Source: an uncultured bacterium (GTDB taxonomy: Bacteria; Acidobacteriota; HRBIN11; JAKEFK01). Taken from it: a stretch of 64,000 nt of DNA. A program made the position numbers and the translations under genes. Shown piece after piece: positions 29,011 to 38,187 of this stretch (position 1 is the first letter of the stretch; each line of letters opens with the position of its first letter). The stretch spans positions 64,001 through 128,000 of the forward strand of contig CAVZQN010000004.1 of the NCBI GenBank assembly GCA_963777505.1. Direction: 5' to 3'. A model generated the notes under the pieces. That model ran no database searches. It was given only the letters and a program-made list of their open reading frames with translations, and had not been told where the DNA came from.

Positions 29011-29099
29011 GGCGGCTGGGATTGGCAGAATTGCCACTTGTTTTGCATTTATGCGAAAGTCCCGGAATGATAATCCTAATTCCTGCGCCTTTTTTGATT
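29011..29099 (+). ncRNA. Candidate small RNA carrying the third copy of the ATCCTAATTCCTG(C)GCCTTTTTTGATT core
   Basis: Extended -10 TGaTAGATT at 28998-29006, 5'/3' end pairing GGCG..CGCC, two inner hairpins, U6 tail. Confidence 0.4.
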
Positions 29100-29347
29100 T
29101 TTGTCCAACCACAAAGCCGCAGAGTTAGGGCTTCCTTTCCTCACATCTTTGTCAATTTAGGACCTTACGAAAAGCGCAAGATTTTGATTGCGCGCATTTC
29201 TGTGCACCGTTAGATTCTAGATTGGACCTATCTGAATGAAGAACGTACAGAACTAATGGGTTCGCCGATAGCTGGACTTGGTCTAATCATGACCTTAGAA
29301 TGAACCTCAGATGGTTGTGCAAAAGTTAAGCAAGTCAGAGTTTTGAA

Positions 29348-30232
29348 TTGAAATCCATTAAAGAAAGATTGCTTGAAGAACCCATTTTGCTTTTAGATGG
29401 GGCAATGGGTACTGAGCTTTTTCGCCGGGGCGTGAATACGCGCTTGCCCTTCTGGTCTGCTCAGGCCTTAATTGAAAATCCACAAATGGTTCGTGAAATT
29501 CATGAGGACTATATTCGCGCCGGCGCGGAAATCATCACAACGAATACGTTTCGAACTACTTCTCGTGCACTCGGCAAGAAAGGACTAAGCGAACGCGCAA
29601 AAGAATTAACTCATCTTGCCGTTAGTCTTGCGAAACAAGCACGTGATCAATCTGCAGATAAACCCACTTGGATTGCGGGATCTGTTGCTCCATTAGAAGA
29701 TTGTTATGAGCCCAATCTAATTCCGGATCCGGAAACTGCATCTAAAGAACACACTGAGTTGATTACATGGCTTGTGGAAGCAGGTGTTGATTTGATTTTG
29801 ATCGAAACAATGAACACGATTCAGGAAGCAGTCAGTGCGGCACGTGCAGCGGAAATGAGTCGACTCCCGATTTTTGTTGGTTGGACCTGCACAACGGATG
29901 GAAGAATTTTGAGCAGTGAAAATATTCAAGATGGCATCCGTTCTGTGGAGCCATTTAATCCTTCGGCATTTTTTGTGAATTGTACTCCGGTGCGCCACGT
30001 CGGACCCGCTCTTCAAAAAATGTATGACGCAACAAAACTGCCAATCGGCGCCTATGCAAATATTGGCAAGCCCGAACCTGTCTCCGGATGGGAATTCACG
30101 CATGAGTCTGATCCTGCTGCCTACGCTAATGCAGCCAGCAACTGGGTCCGCATCGGAGCAAAAATCGTTGGTGGTTGTTGCGGCACAACCCCTGAACATA
30201 TTTCAACATTAAAAAAACAGTTGATTTTTTAA
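29348..30232 (+). CDS. Homocysteine S-methyltransferase family protein
   Basis: LLDGAMGTEL, GAEIITTNTF, IET, VNC, GGCCGTTPEHI Zn-binding motif. Confidence 0.92.
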   Translation: MKSIKERLLEEPILLLDGAMGTELFRRGVNTRLPFWSAQALIENPQMVREIHEDYIRAGAEIITTNTFRTTSRALGKKGLSERAKELTHLAVSLAKQARDQSADKPTWIAGSVAPLEDCYEPNLIPDPETASKEHTELITWLVEAGVDLILIETMNTIQEAVSAARAAEMSRLPIFVGWTCTTDGRILSSENIQDGIRSVEPFNPSAFFVNCTPVRHVGPALQKMYDATKLPIGAYANIGKPEPVSGWEFTHESDPAAYANAASNWVRIGAKIVGGCCGTTPEHISTLKKQLIF

Positions 30233-30233
30233 T

Positions 30234-31097
30234 ATGTGTTCTTCAGCAAAATTCAAATGCGCAGTTATTATTATTTTCTGTTTATGCTTTTGCTCTGAAC
30301 TTAGTGCCGAAAAATCAGAGCAGGCGCTTCCTTTTGAACCTTCGAGTACTGGTTGGTTACGTGTAAAACTGCCTGAACTGCCTGCGCCTGAAGTGAAGCC
30401 ATCCTGGCTGCCATATGATTTCAAAGCAGAAGAGGAAGCCTTTGAAATTTACATTCCTCGCGGATATGACCCTAAAAATTCGTATGGTGTTATGGCCTGG
30501 GTGAATTGGAGCGACGATCCTGAAACACCTCGTCACTTTGAACCACTTCTGAATGAATACAAGTTGATTTCCGTTGCAGCAGAGCGTGCGGGAAATGGAA
30601 GGGAGCCTGCCAGGCGAATTGGACTTTTAGTGAGTGCCATATTGCAGCTCTCAAAAACGCTCAATATCGACAAAACCCGGCTTATTATGAGCGGATATTC
30701 CGGAGGAGGTCGAACCTCCGCTATGGGATGTTTTGTCCACCCTGAATTTTGGCGTGGTGCCATTTCGTGGGTTGGCGGCAATTTTTACAAACAATATTCG
30801 ATTCCGATACCGGTTGGAGCCAGTTCTCCGGGAATTAATGATTGGATTCCAAATGCAGTGACTCCTCAGAATGTGAAAGATGCAAAGAAGAACGAAAAAT
30901 TCGTGTTAATTACAGGGTCAAAAGATAAGAACTTAAATGACTCAAGAGGAATTTACAGGGCTCTTAAACGGGAAGGCTTTCAAGCTTTACTGATTGAAGA
31001 ACCTGGTTTGGGTCACGATGTTGGCAGTGCGGATTCCATGCGCAAAGCGCTTGAATTCGTGTTTCCGGAAATCGACACGCAAAAGAAATCTCAATAA
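30234..31097 (+). CDS. Secreted alpha/beta hydrolase (esterase-like)
   Basis: Signal peptide, GYSGGG nucleophile elbow, G..D, GLGH. Confidence 0.7.
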   Translation: MCSSAKFKCAVIIIFCLCFCSELSAEKSEQALPFEPSSTGWLRVKLPELPAPEVKPSWLPYDFKAEEEAFEIYIPRGYDPKNSYGVMAWVNWSDDPETPRHFEPLLNEYKLISVAAERAGNGREPARRIGLLVSAILQLSKTLNIDKTRLIMSGYSGGGRTSAMGCFVHPEFWRGAISWVGGNFYKQYSIPIPVGASSPGINDWIPNAVTPQNVKDAKKNEKFVLITGSKDKNLNDSRGIYRALKREGFQALLIEEPGLGHDVGSADSMRKALEFVFPEIDTQKKSQ

Positions 31098-31696
31098 GTT
31101 TTCGAAGGGCAAAACATACACCAGGAATGCAATTCGTCGATGTCGACTTCGGAAATTACACGATAGCCAAAATGTTCATAAAGCGGTACATTGCGATTCA
31201 ATTCTGTGCTCAAACAAACACCGATTGAATTTGGATCTGCAATCGACATTCCTTTCACAGCGTTCAAGAGTGCTGCAGCATAACCTTTTCCTTGATACTC
31301 TGGAAGAACTCCGAGCATACCTAAAAAATGATGCGGTTTTTTGGGATCATTTTCGCTGCTTTTCTGTTCATAAGTTTCAAGACGAGCATATGCCTCGTCT
31401 CCGATGATGACCCTTAATTCCCTCAGTGGCTCCTCAGGTAAAGGCAAACTTTGTTGAACAGGATCATTCACAAGAGCAACGCTTACGAGCTTGCCGTCTG
31501 CGCGAATTCCTAGAACGGGCCAGTTTCGAAGGAAACGAATTTCAGTAAAAAAACCAACGAGGGCTTTTAAGTCTTTTTCGTATTCTTCGCCGCTTGTCCG
31601 CAACACAAATCGCATTACCGCATATTCGTGAAATGCGGACATCAGAACTGCAACAACTTCCGCTTTGTTTTCACGTGATAATCGCTGAACCGTCAT
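31091..31696 (-). CDS. GNAT acetyltransferase
   Basis: LGVLPEYQGKGYA motif A, NVPLYEHFGY. Confidence 0.88.
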   Translation of the reverse strand: MTVQRLSRENKAEVVAVLMSAFHEYAVMRFVLRTSGEEYEKDLKALVGFFTEIRFLRNWPVLGIRADGKLVSVALVNDPVQQSLPLPEEPLRELRVIIGDEAYARLETYEQKSSENDPKKPHHFLGMLGVLPEYQGKGYAAALLNAVKGMSIADPNSIGVCLSTELNRNVPLYEHFGYRVISEVDIDELHSWCMFCPSKTY

Positions 31697-32594
31697 TGTA
31701 GTTCCTCAAAATGGAAGTGTTCGTTCTGGATTCGGCAAGCGTTTCGGCACGTTGCATAAGATCTGGCGCTTCTAATCGAACGCAGGTTTCTGCGAATGCT
31801 TTAGTAGGCCCTGTCCATCGAAGATCATCAACAGAATTTTTGACTGGACCATCAAGGACGAGAGTTGCAAGATGTCTGAACAACAAAACATTTTCCCAAT
31901 TTGCTTTTAACGTAGATGAAAGACGTCCTGCATTTGCCACATCTACTTTCCAATTCACAACATCTTTTGGAATGTTTTCGAGATGTTTGAATTTTATTAA
32001 TACTCTTGCTGCGGAAATAGCTCCCCAACCAGGAATTCCGGGATAGCCATCTGAGCTGTCACCAACAAGTGCCAGGTAATCAGGTATTGATTCCGGCAAA
32101 ACGCCGAATTTTGCAACTACACCTTGCTCATTCAATAATCGCTTCCGGCGTCTATCGAGTTGAACCACTCGATCACCGGAAACGCATTGAGCCAGATCTT
32201 TGTCCGGAGTGCAAATCACAACTTGCTCAACGCGGGAATCTGCGGCACCAATCGACGCTCCTGCACCAAGCGCATCATCTGCCTCAAATTCAATCATTGG
32301 CCAAACGATAATATTCAACGATGCCAGCGCTTCCTCCAGTACTCTGAATTGCGAATATAAATCAGGCGCAATTCCCGTACCGTCTTTGTAATCGGGCCAT
32401 AAATCGTTTCTGAAAGACTCAATTACATAGTCTGTTGCGACGGCGATGTGAGTTGCTTCAGTCAGAAGTTGAAGCATCGAAATAACGACACCTCGTGCAG
32501 CAGCAATCTCTTCTTTCTTGCTATTCCTTCGTTTGGGGATTGCGTAATAATGACGGAATAGCTCGTAGGTCCCATCAACAAGATGAATTTTCAT
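31671..32594 (-). CDS. Stand-alone 5'-3' exonuclease / flap endonuclease
   Basis: LVDGTYELFR, EADD, DKDL.Q, LVGDSSDGYPGIPGWG (H3TH). Confidence 0.9.
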   Translation of the reverse strand: MKIHLVDGTYELFRHYYAIPKRRNSKKEEIAAARGVVISMLQLLTEATHIAVATDYVIESFRNDLWPDYKDGTGIAPDLYSQFRVLEEALASLNIIVWPMIEFEADDALGAGASIGAADSRVEQVVICTPDKDLAQCVSGDRVVQLDRRRKRLLNEQGVVAKFGVLPESIPDYLALVGDSSDGYPGIPGWGAISAARVLIKFKHLENIPKDVVNWKVDVANAGRLSSTLKANWENVLLFRHLATLVLDGPVKNSVDDLRWTGPTKAFAETCVRLEAPDLMQRAETLAESRTNTSILRNYNDGSAIIT

Positions 32595-32710
32595 ATAGCA
32601 AATACGTTATAAGGTGAAAACTAAGCATAAACAATAAATGAAGCATCGCAAAGTCCTCTACGAATGATATAAGTCTGTCATGCTAAAATGGATTCATTAA
32701 GTTTTCCTTA

Positions 32711-33850
32711 ATGAAAACAGATAAAGATCCGGTCGATAGTGCTAGCAAAGCTGGCTTTCCTGCGGAGCGTTTTAGCCGCTTATTCCTTCTGATACTGCTC
32801 ATTGCTTTTACAGTTCTATTCATTCGGATGATCCGTTTGTTCTTGATGCCGATTCTCGTTGCGGCAGTTATCTGTAGTCTCACATATCCGTTCTATAACA
32901 GGATCCTCAAAACTTTTGGAAACAGAAGAAGCTTGAGTTCAATTGTCGCTTGTTTCTTGCTCCTGATATTCCTCCTGATTCCTTTATTTATGATTGGTGA
33001 CATTGTTTCGCACGAAGCGGTAGTGTTCTATTCCAAAACCGAAAAGAAAATTCAGGAAATTATTGAGAAAGGAGATTCAGGTCCGCTGGGGACACTCAAG
33101 AATTCTTTGTGGTTCCGCCGTTTGAATCTTGAAAAGATGGATTGGCGGTCGACATTCACGAATGTTGCGGGAACTGTTGGAAGTGTATTGACTGTTGTTA
33201 TTCAAAAAACATCTGGTGGTGTGCTTCAAATTATTGCTGGAACTTTGGTAACACTTTTTATCATGTTTTACTTTTTCCGCGATGGTGAAATGATTATCGC
33301 CAGGTTGAAGCATTTGATTCCATTGGAAGATGCTTATGAAGATGTCTTAATTGCCCGATTTGTTAGTGTATCCAGAGCTACTTTCAAAGGAACACTTGTG
33401 ATCGGGCTAATTCAAAGCACAATTGGCGCAATCACACTCTGGATCTGTGGGATCGAGACGCCCGTACTCTGGTGGGTCGTGATGGTGGTTTTTTCGATGA
33501 TTCCACTATTCGGAGCATGGATTGTCATGCATACAGCTGCGATCGTGCAAGCGCTTTCAGGACATGTCGGTGAGGCCATTGCAATATTTTCGGTGACTGT
33601 TTTGATCATTTCGGTTATTGATAACTTTTTACGTCCACGATTGGTTGGGCAGTTTACCGGCATGCATGATCTGATTATTTTCCTGTCTGCACTTGGAGGC
33701 ATCGCGACTTTTGGGCCTCTCGGAATTATCGCAGGGCCGATCGTGGCAGCATTTTTTGTTACCCTCCTTGAAATCTACAGCAAAGAATTTAGAGCTCAGC
33801 TCGACTACCAGAGGAATACATCGCTCAAAGAGAAAGAAAGGATTGAATAG
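32711..33850 (+). CDS. AI-2E family transporter
   Basis: FYFFRDG, IDNFLRPRLVG, GGIATFGPLGIIAGP. Confidence 0.9.
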   Translation: MKTDKDPVDSASKAGFPAERFSRLFLLILLIAFTVLFIRMIRLFLMPILVAAVICSLTYPFYNRILKTFGNRRSLSSIVACFLLLIFLLIPLFMIGDIVSHEAVVFYSKTEKKIQEIIEKGDSGPLGTLKNSLWFRRLNLEKMDWRSTFTNVAGTVGSVLTVVIQKTSGGVLQIIAGTLVTLFIMFYFFRDGEMIIARLKHLIPLEDAYEDVLIARFVSVSRATFKGTLVIGLIQSTIGAITLWICGIETPVLWWVVMVVFSMIPLFGAWIVMHTAAIVQALSGHVGEAIAIFSVTVLIISVIDNFLRPRLVGQFTGMHDLIIFLSALGGIATFGPLGIIAGPIVAAFFVTLLEIYSKEFRAQLDYQRNTSLKEKERIE

Positions 33851-33859
33851 AGTGTGTGA

Positions 33860-35227
33860 TCATTGTCTTTGACTATGCTTTTGCAGCCATTTGATTTGAG
33901 CCGGAAAGTAATCTGATTCGAACGAAAGAATTTCACGTTTACCGTTCTTGTCTTCGAATCGCAAAATTCCATGTTCTGCTTTAGGATAGAGTTTTACTTC
34001 GATTGGACATCCTTCTGATTTGAGTTCTTCCAACCTGGAGATTGTTGTCTCAGTTGGCAAACTACTGTCTTCTCCGCCCATAAGCCAGAGACTTGGAGTT
34101 GACTTTAATGAACGAAGGGTTGGCACTGGATCATATAATCTTAAAATGAATGGTTCCGCTGTGTCCCTGCTATCCAGTTTCCACCATGTATAGATGCGCA
34201 CCACCCAGAAAGGCATCCATGTATCGGTTACAAAACCGAGCAAAGAATCGCTCCCTTTAACACTTTGATACCATGGCCGATTCTTGGCTTGATCCAGACT
34301 TTGTTTCAAGTCACTCCATCGATCCTTTCCATTGTCCATAATGTCAGAAATAATGTTGTTAATTGCATCCGCTTGTGCGATTTCCTGATCACCAAATCCT
34401 TTTTTTCGGAGAGCATACACATAACCCCATCGATCTTCATCGGCGACTGTAACAAGAGGTCCATAACCAATGAGCAAACTTCGTATTTTAGGATCTTGAG
34501 TAGCAGCTATCGGAGCAATCCATCCTCCTTGACTGTATCCTGCAAGATGTATGAGGTCCGGATCGATCGCTTTTTGTTGTCTTAATGAACTAACCGCGGC
34601 TAGCGTATCGCGTGCCAGAACCTGAAAGTTTTGTGTAAAGCTTCCTTCCGATTGCCCTGTGCCACGCTTATCGTAAACCATAGTTGCGATACCGTGTGTG
34701 GCAAAGAGATAAGGGTGGAAATACGTTTCGACGGCGCTTTCATCTCCTGAGCCATGCACTATTACAACAGCTGGAAATTGTCCGGAACCCTGTGGCAGAA
34801 CGAGCTTGCCGCGCAATTTCAAATCTCCGCTTTGAAAAGTAAATACGGATTCAGAAAGATTAATTCTCTCAGCAAGCTGCTCTGGTTGATCTTTCTTTTG
34901 CCATCTTAATCCGGTTACATTTTTGTGTGAATCACGGTTGAACGTGATTGTGATTTCTACTGGTTCCTTGTTTACCCATCCAGGACCAGCAGTGAAAACG
35001 TTTTCTCGGGCAGGCCATAAAGCACGACTTTCCCCATCCATCATCCGATAACGGAGAACATCACCTTCGCGTACGGCAATAAATACATAACGCCCGTCAT
35101 TGAAGCGATATGCTCCATTGTATTGAGTATTGTTATGTTTGGGCCGCGAATACCAGTATGCCGCGCCGCCACCTACAAGGAGAAGAATCAAGATGGCAAC
35201 AATCTTTTTTCGTTTGAAGAATCTCAT
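33860..35227 (-). CDS. Membrane-anchored alpha/beta hydrolase (S9/S15-like)
   Basis: PAVVIVHGSG, YDKRGTGQS, GYSQGGW, G.ED, AEH. Confidence 0.85.
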   Translation of the reverse strand: MRFFKRKKIVAILILLLVGGGAAYWYSRPKHNNTQYNGAYRFNDGRYVFIAVREGDVLRYRMMDGESRALWPARENVFTAGPGWVNKEPVEITITFNRDSHKNVTGLRWQKKDQPEQLAERINLSESVFTFQSGDLKLRGKLVLPQGSGQFPAVVIVHGSGDESAVETYFHPYLFATHGIATMVYDKRGTGQSEGSFTQNFQVLARDTLAAVSSLRQQKAIDPDLIHLAGYSQGGWIAPIAATQDPKIRSLLIGYGPLVTVADEDRWGYVYALRKKGFGDQEIAQADAINNIISDIMDNGKDRWSDLKQSLDQAKNRPWYQSVKGSDSLLGFVTDTWMPFWVVRIYTWWKLDSRDTAEPFILRLYDPVPTLRSLKSTPSLWLMGGEDSSLPTETTISRLEELKSEGCPIEVKLYPKAEHGILRFEDKNGKREILSFESDYFPAQIKWLQKHSQRQ

Positions 35228-35280
35228 TTTTAAAGAAAGACGTAAGTTGCACTTACAAAGTTGCTATTCATTTGTACAGC

Positions 35281-35305
35281 GGGCGGGTCTTAGACCCGCC
35301 CCTAC
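35281..35305 (-). repeat. GTAG-type REP
   Basis: Minus strand GTAG-GGGCGGGTCTAAGACCCGCCC; its TAG is the stop codon of the upstream gene. Confidence 0.8.
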
Positions 35306-36777
35306 TCCTCTGGAGCGATTTCTGATTTCGATTTATCAAACGCAGCTTTAACTTCACTATTATCCGTCAGCAAGTAATACCGATTGTTCGCAAGAGCCCA
35401 ATCAGGTTGCGTTTCTGATCGATAAATTCCCATTCCATCACGGATGAGGGCCACATTGCGCGTCCTCAAATACTCTAAGGGCGCAATCTTCTCATGTCCC
35501 GGGCGTGTTCGCTTCTTAATAGGAAGATGGGCGACTGTCGTGTCTGTTAAGCCAAGCGTATCAATGATCGGCAAACGGCTCGCATACCCAAATGCCCCAA
35601 CTGCATCGGTGGCGACTACAGTGTTTCGTGGAAGGTTTTTTCCCAAGACTGAGCCTTCCTTCAACCACAATTCAATAACAGGAATCCAGGTTCTTTCATC
35701 TGCAATATTATTCTTGATTGTTCGTGGCTCGATCATTTGACGATCGATAGCACTTGTTGCAATAAGCAAAATAACTGCACACTTAAAGCTGAGTCCCGTT
35801 AGAAAGCTACGCAATAAGTATTCGAGACCGAGATAAGTCCATGGAAGGATCGGGATCAAGAATCGGCCTTCCATGAAATCACCGCCTATCCGGATTACAT
35901 AAAAGAGATGGATGGAACAGAACGCAGTAATTACAAGAAAGAAATCGTTTTTCAATAATTGAAATTTGTTCGATTGAAAAGCAACAACAATCGGAACAAA
36001 TAAGAATGCCCAGAGCGAATAACGCTGCGCAAACTCCCAGACGTAAGTCAACCCTTGTTGATAATACGGCTCACTTGCTGCCTTCGCATAGAACGTATTG
36101 GGGAAAAAGTATCCGTAATAGTTGTACCTCCACAAGAAATACGGAACATACAGGGCTATGAATGGAAAAATTAACCAGCCCACGCTTTTCAGCCGGCGCA
36201 ACTGTACGGAACGAACTATTGTGTAAGCTGCAATCACACCAAAAGCCAAAACGGCATCGGGTCTCGTCATCACAGCCAATGCTTGAAGTGAGCCAATGAT
36301 CGCAAGCCTTGATTCAGAAAAATTCTGAGTGTGCTTTGGGAGGAAATAAAATGAAGCTGCCAACAAGGCGGATAATAATGAGGTTTCCAAACCACTCGTA
36401 GAAAAACAAGCCCAGGTGTAATTTGTTACTAGTGCAAATAGGAAGAATGGAATCAAATTTCTTCCGATGAATTCTTGATGAGTATAAAAAAGAAATATTA
36501 AGGAAACGGTTGTAAAAATAAGACCCAGTGTGAGTGAGATTGCCTCAGGACTTATTTGAAGTGCAAGGCCTGGTACAAGAAGAAGGGTCCATAAAAAATT
36601 GGTATAGCCTTCTACTTTTTCGCCGAGATTAAAAACGAGGCCGTGTCCTTCTACAAGATTGCGGGCGTATCGAAAAGAGATGTAAGCGTCTTCGGCGACC
36701 CAACTGAAGTAATATGCATAGCTCAATCCGATCAAAATGACTGCTGTGAGGATTGCAATCCGAAGCTTATTCGACAT
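35302..36777 (-). CDS. GT-C-fold membrane glycosyltransferase-like protein
   Basis: EDAYISFRYARNL..G.GLVFN.GEKVEGYTNFLW, GLET, TRPD, PNTFYAK, GGDFM, D.LGLTD. Confidence 0.75.
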   Translation of the reverse strand: MSNKLRIAILTAVILIGLSYAYYFSWVAEDAYISFRYARNLVEGHGLVFNLGEKVEGYTNFLWTLLLVPGLALQISPEAISLTLGLIFTTVSLIFLFYTHQEFIGRNLIPFFLFALVTNYTWACFSTSGLETSLLSALLAASFYFLPKHTQNFSESRLAIIGSLQALAVMTRPDAVLAFGVIAAYTIVRSVQLRRLKSVGWLIFPFIALYVPYFLWRYNYYGYFFPNTFYAKAASEPYYQQGLTYVWEFAQRYSLWAFLFVPIVVAFQSNKFQLLKNDFFLVITAFCSIHLFYVIRIGGDFMEGRFLIPILPWTYLGLEYLLRSFLTGLSFKCAVILLIATSAIDRQMIEPRTIKNNIADERTWIPVIELWLKEGSVLGKNLPRNTVVATDAVGAFGYASRLPIIDTLGLTDTTVAHLPIKKRTRPGHEKIAPLEYLRTRNVALIRDGMGIYRSETQPDWALANNRYYLLTDNSEVKAAFDKSKSEIAPEE

Positions 36778-36784
36778 AGAAATT

Positions 36785-36821
36785 AACCACGGAGTCACGG
36801 AAACTTTGTGGCTCCGTGGTT
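36785..36821. repeat. ACCRCRGAG-family palindromic repeat
   Basis: AACCACGGAGTCACGGA-AAC-TTTGTGGCTCCGTGGTT; relatives at 11136, 25850, 29106, 52459, 59336. Confidence 0.65.
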
Positions 36822-36853
36822 TATAGAACGATTACTTCAAGAGTACAACAGTT

Positions 36854-38086
36854 TTACCGGCAGGGCGCTGAGCAGCCATCGAGTTGTGGCCATGTGTAGA
36901 GTTTGCTTTCGCCGGGACGTGGCCAGTAACGGCCTCCTGATACTCTTATTCGAGCAAGTCCGCCGCCGAGGTTAACGAATTCGCAAATGGTTCCGATCCA
37001 ATATTCAGTTCCAGGGCTTCTGCCTGGATAACCGCCTTTACGAATATCGCCACAACGGTAATAGGCTTCGCATCCTGCACCGCCATTAAAGCGTCCAACA
37101 ATTGTCCGCGAACCGCGATCTGCGCTGACTACAGTAAATAAGAATCCGGGTCCATGTCCGCCTTTTCCTGAACAGCGTTGCCCTGTTTCTTTTTCAACTT
37201 CGATTTCACGGAACAGATTTGCTTTTGAGCCTTTGTTATCTGTGACTGTTAATTCGGTTTCGTAAGAACCTTCCCGGCCGTATTCATGGCTGATTTGTTC
37301 ACCCTTTCCAGTTTTGCCATCACCGAATTTCCAAAGGAAGTCCACGATTCGACCGTCGGGATCATCGCTCGCGGAAGCATCATAAGCAAAAGTTGTGGAA
37401 GTGTTGCCTTTTCCAGGACTCACTGAAAATCGAGCAACAGGTGGTTTGTTTCTAACAACATCAAGCTCACGACCTACTGTCCCTGTCGCTTGACTGCGAT
37501 CGGAAACAGTAAGTTGGACCCTATATGTTCCTGCTGATAAATATTTGTGAGTCGTTAATTTTCCTTTGCCACTCTTACCATCACCAAAATCCCATTGATA
37601 TGTTGCAATATCACCATTCGAATCTTCGGAAATAGAAGCATCAAACTTTACAATCGAATCGATTCCTGGTGAGATTGGATCTTGTTTGAATTTGGCAATT
37701 GGAGCAACATTTTGACTCAGCGAAAATACTGAAGAGGAGTTGGCTGTGCCGGCTGCAGTTGTAACCGCGATCGATCGCGATCCTGCAGAAGTTGTCCGAG
37801 AAGCTGAAACACGGACAAGAATTTCCGAGGGACTTGTAGAACTGAAAGACTGCACCGAAATTCCGTCCCCCATTTGCACTGCAGTAACTCCGCTCAGATT
37901 TGCACCTGAAATCCGTACATCCTGGTTTTGCTGGCCCCGGCTGATTTGCGCCGGACTTGCCGAAGCAATTGATGGTTGTGCTGATTGTGTAACATCCTGA
38001 TTATTTCTATCGTCATCACCACAACCGCCGCAAAATATTGCGACAGCAAACAGCTTGACGGCTACTATTGAGAGTCTCAAATTCAT
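36854..38086 (-). CDS. Probable lipoprotein with IPT-like domain, two PKD domains and Cys-rich C-terminal domain
   Basis: Lipobox-like CGGCG; WDFGDG and WKFGDG PKD motifs. Confidence 0.8.
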   Translation of the reverse strand: MNLRLSIVAVKLFAVAIFCGGCGDDDRNNQDVTQSAQPSIASASPAQISRGQQNQDVRISGANLSGVTAVQMGDGISVQSFSSTSPSEILVRVSASRTTSAGSRSIAVTTAAGTANSSSVFSLSQNVAPIAKFKQDPISPGIDSIVKFDASISEDSNGDIATYQWDFGDGKSGKGKLTTHKYLSAGTYRVQLTVSDRSQATGTVGRELDVVRNKPPVARFSVSPGKGNTSTTFAYDASASDDPDGRIVDFLWKFGDGKTGKGEQISHEYGREGSYETELTVTDNKGSKANLFREIEVEKETGQRCSGKGGHGPGFLFTVVSADRGSRTIVGRFNGGAGCEAYYRCGDIRKGGYPGRSPGTEYWIGTICEFVNLGGGLARIRVSGGRYWPRPGESKLYTWPQLDGCSAPCR

Positions 38087-38187
38087 CCCAGTGTCTCCTT
38101 ACCTCAAAATTCTTGGCAGGATTTTACCACAGAAAAATTTTGAACTCATGCAAAATCAAAAGATCGTAAAAAACAGTAATCCCCACG

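Noticed and set aside
29100-29135. c-di-GMP-I riboswitch suggested by ACAAAGCCGCAG
   Set aside because: Upstream GGCAAA..GAAA hairpin is missing; better explained as an ACCRCRGAG repeat half
29220-29330. Canonical SAM-I/SAH riboswitch or 6S RNA
   Set aside because: Conserved cores (GCAAC/GUGC; GAGGAGCG/CGCUC) are absent and there is no symmetric central bubble; kept only as an unknown structured RNA
31091-32594. Exonuclease-GNAT pair as a defence or toxin-antitoxin system
   Set aside because: Both are ordinary housekeeping-type families; no antitoxin-like partner or defence-island context
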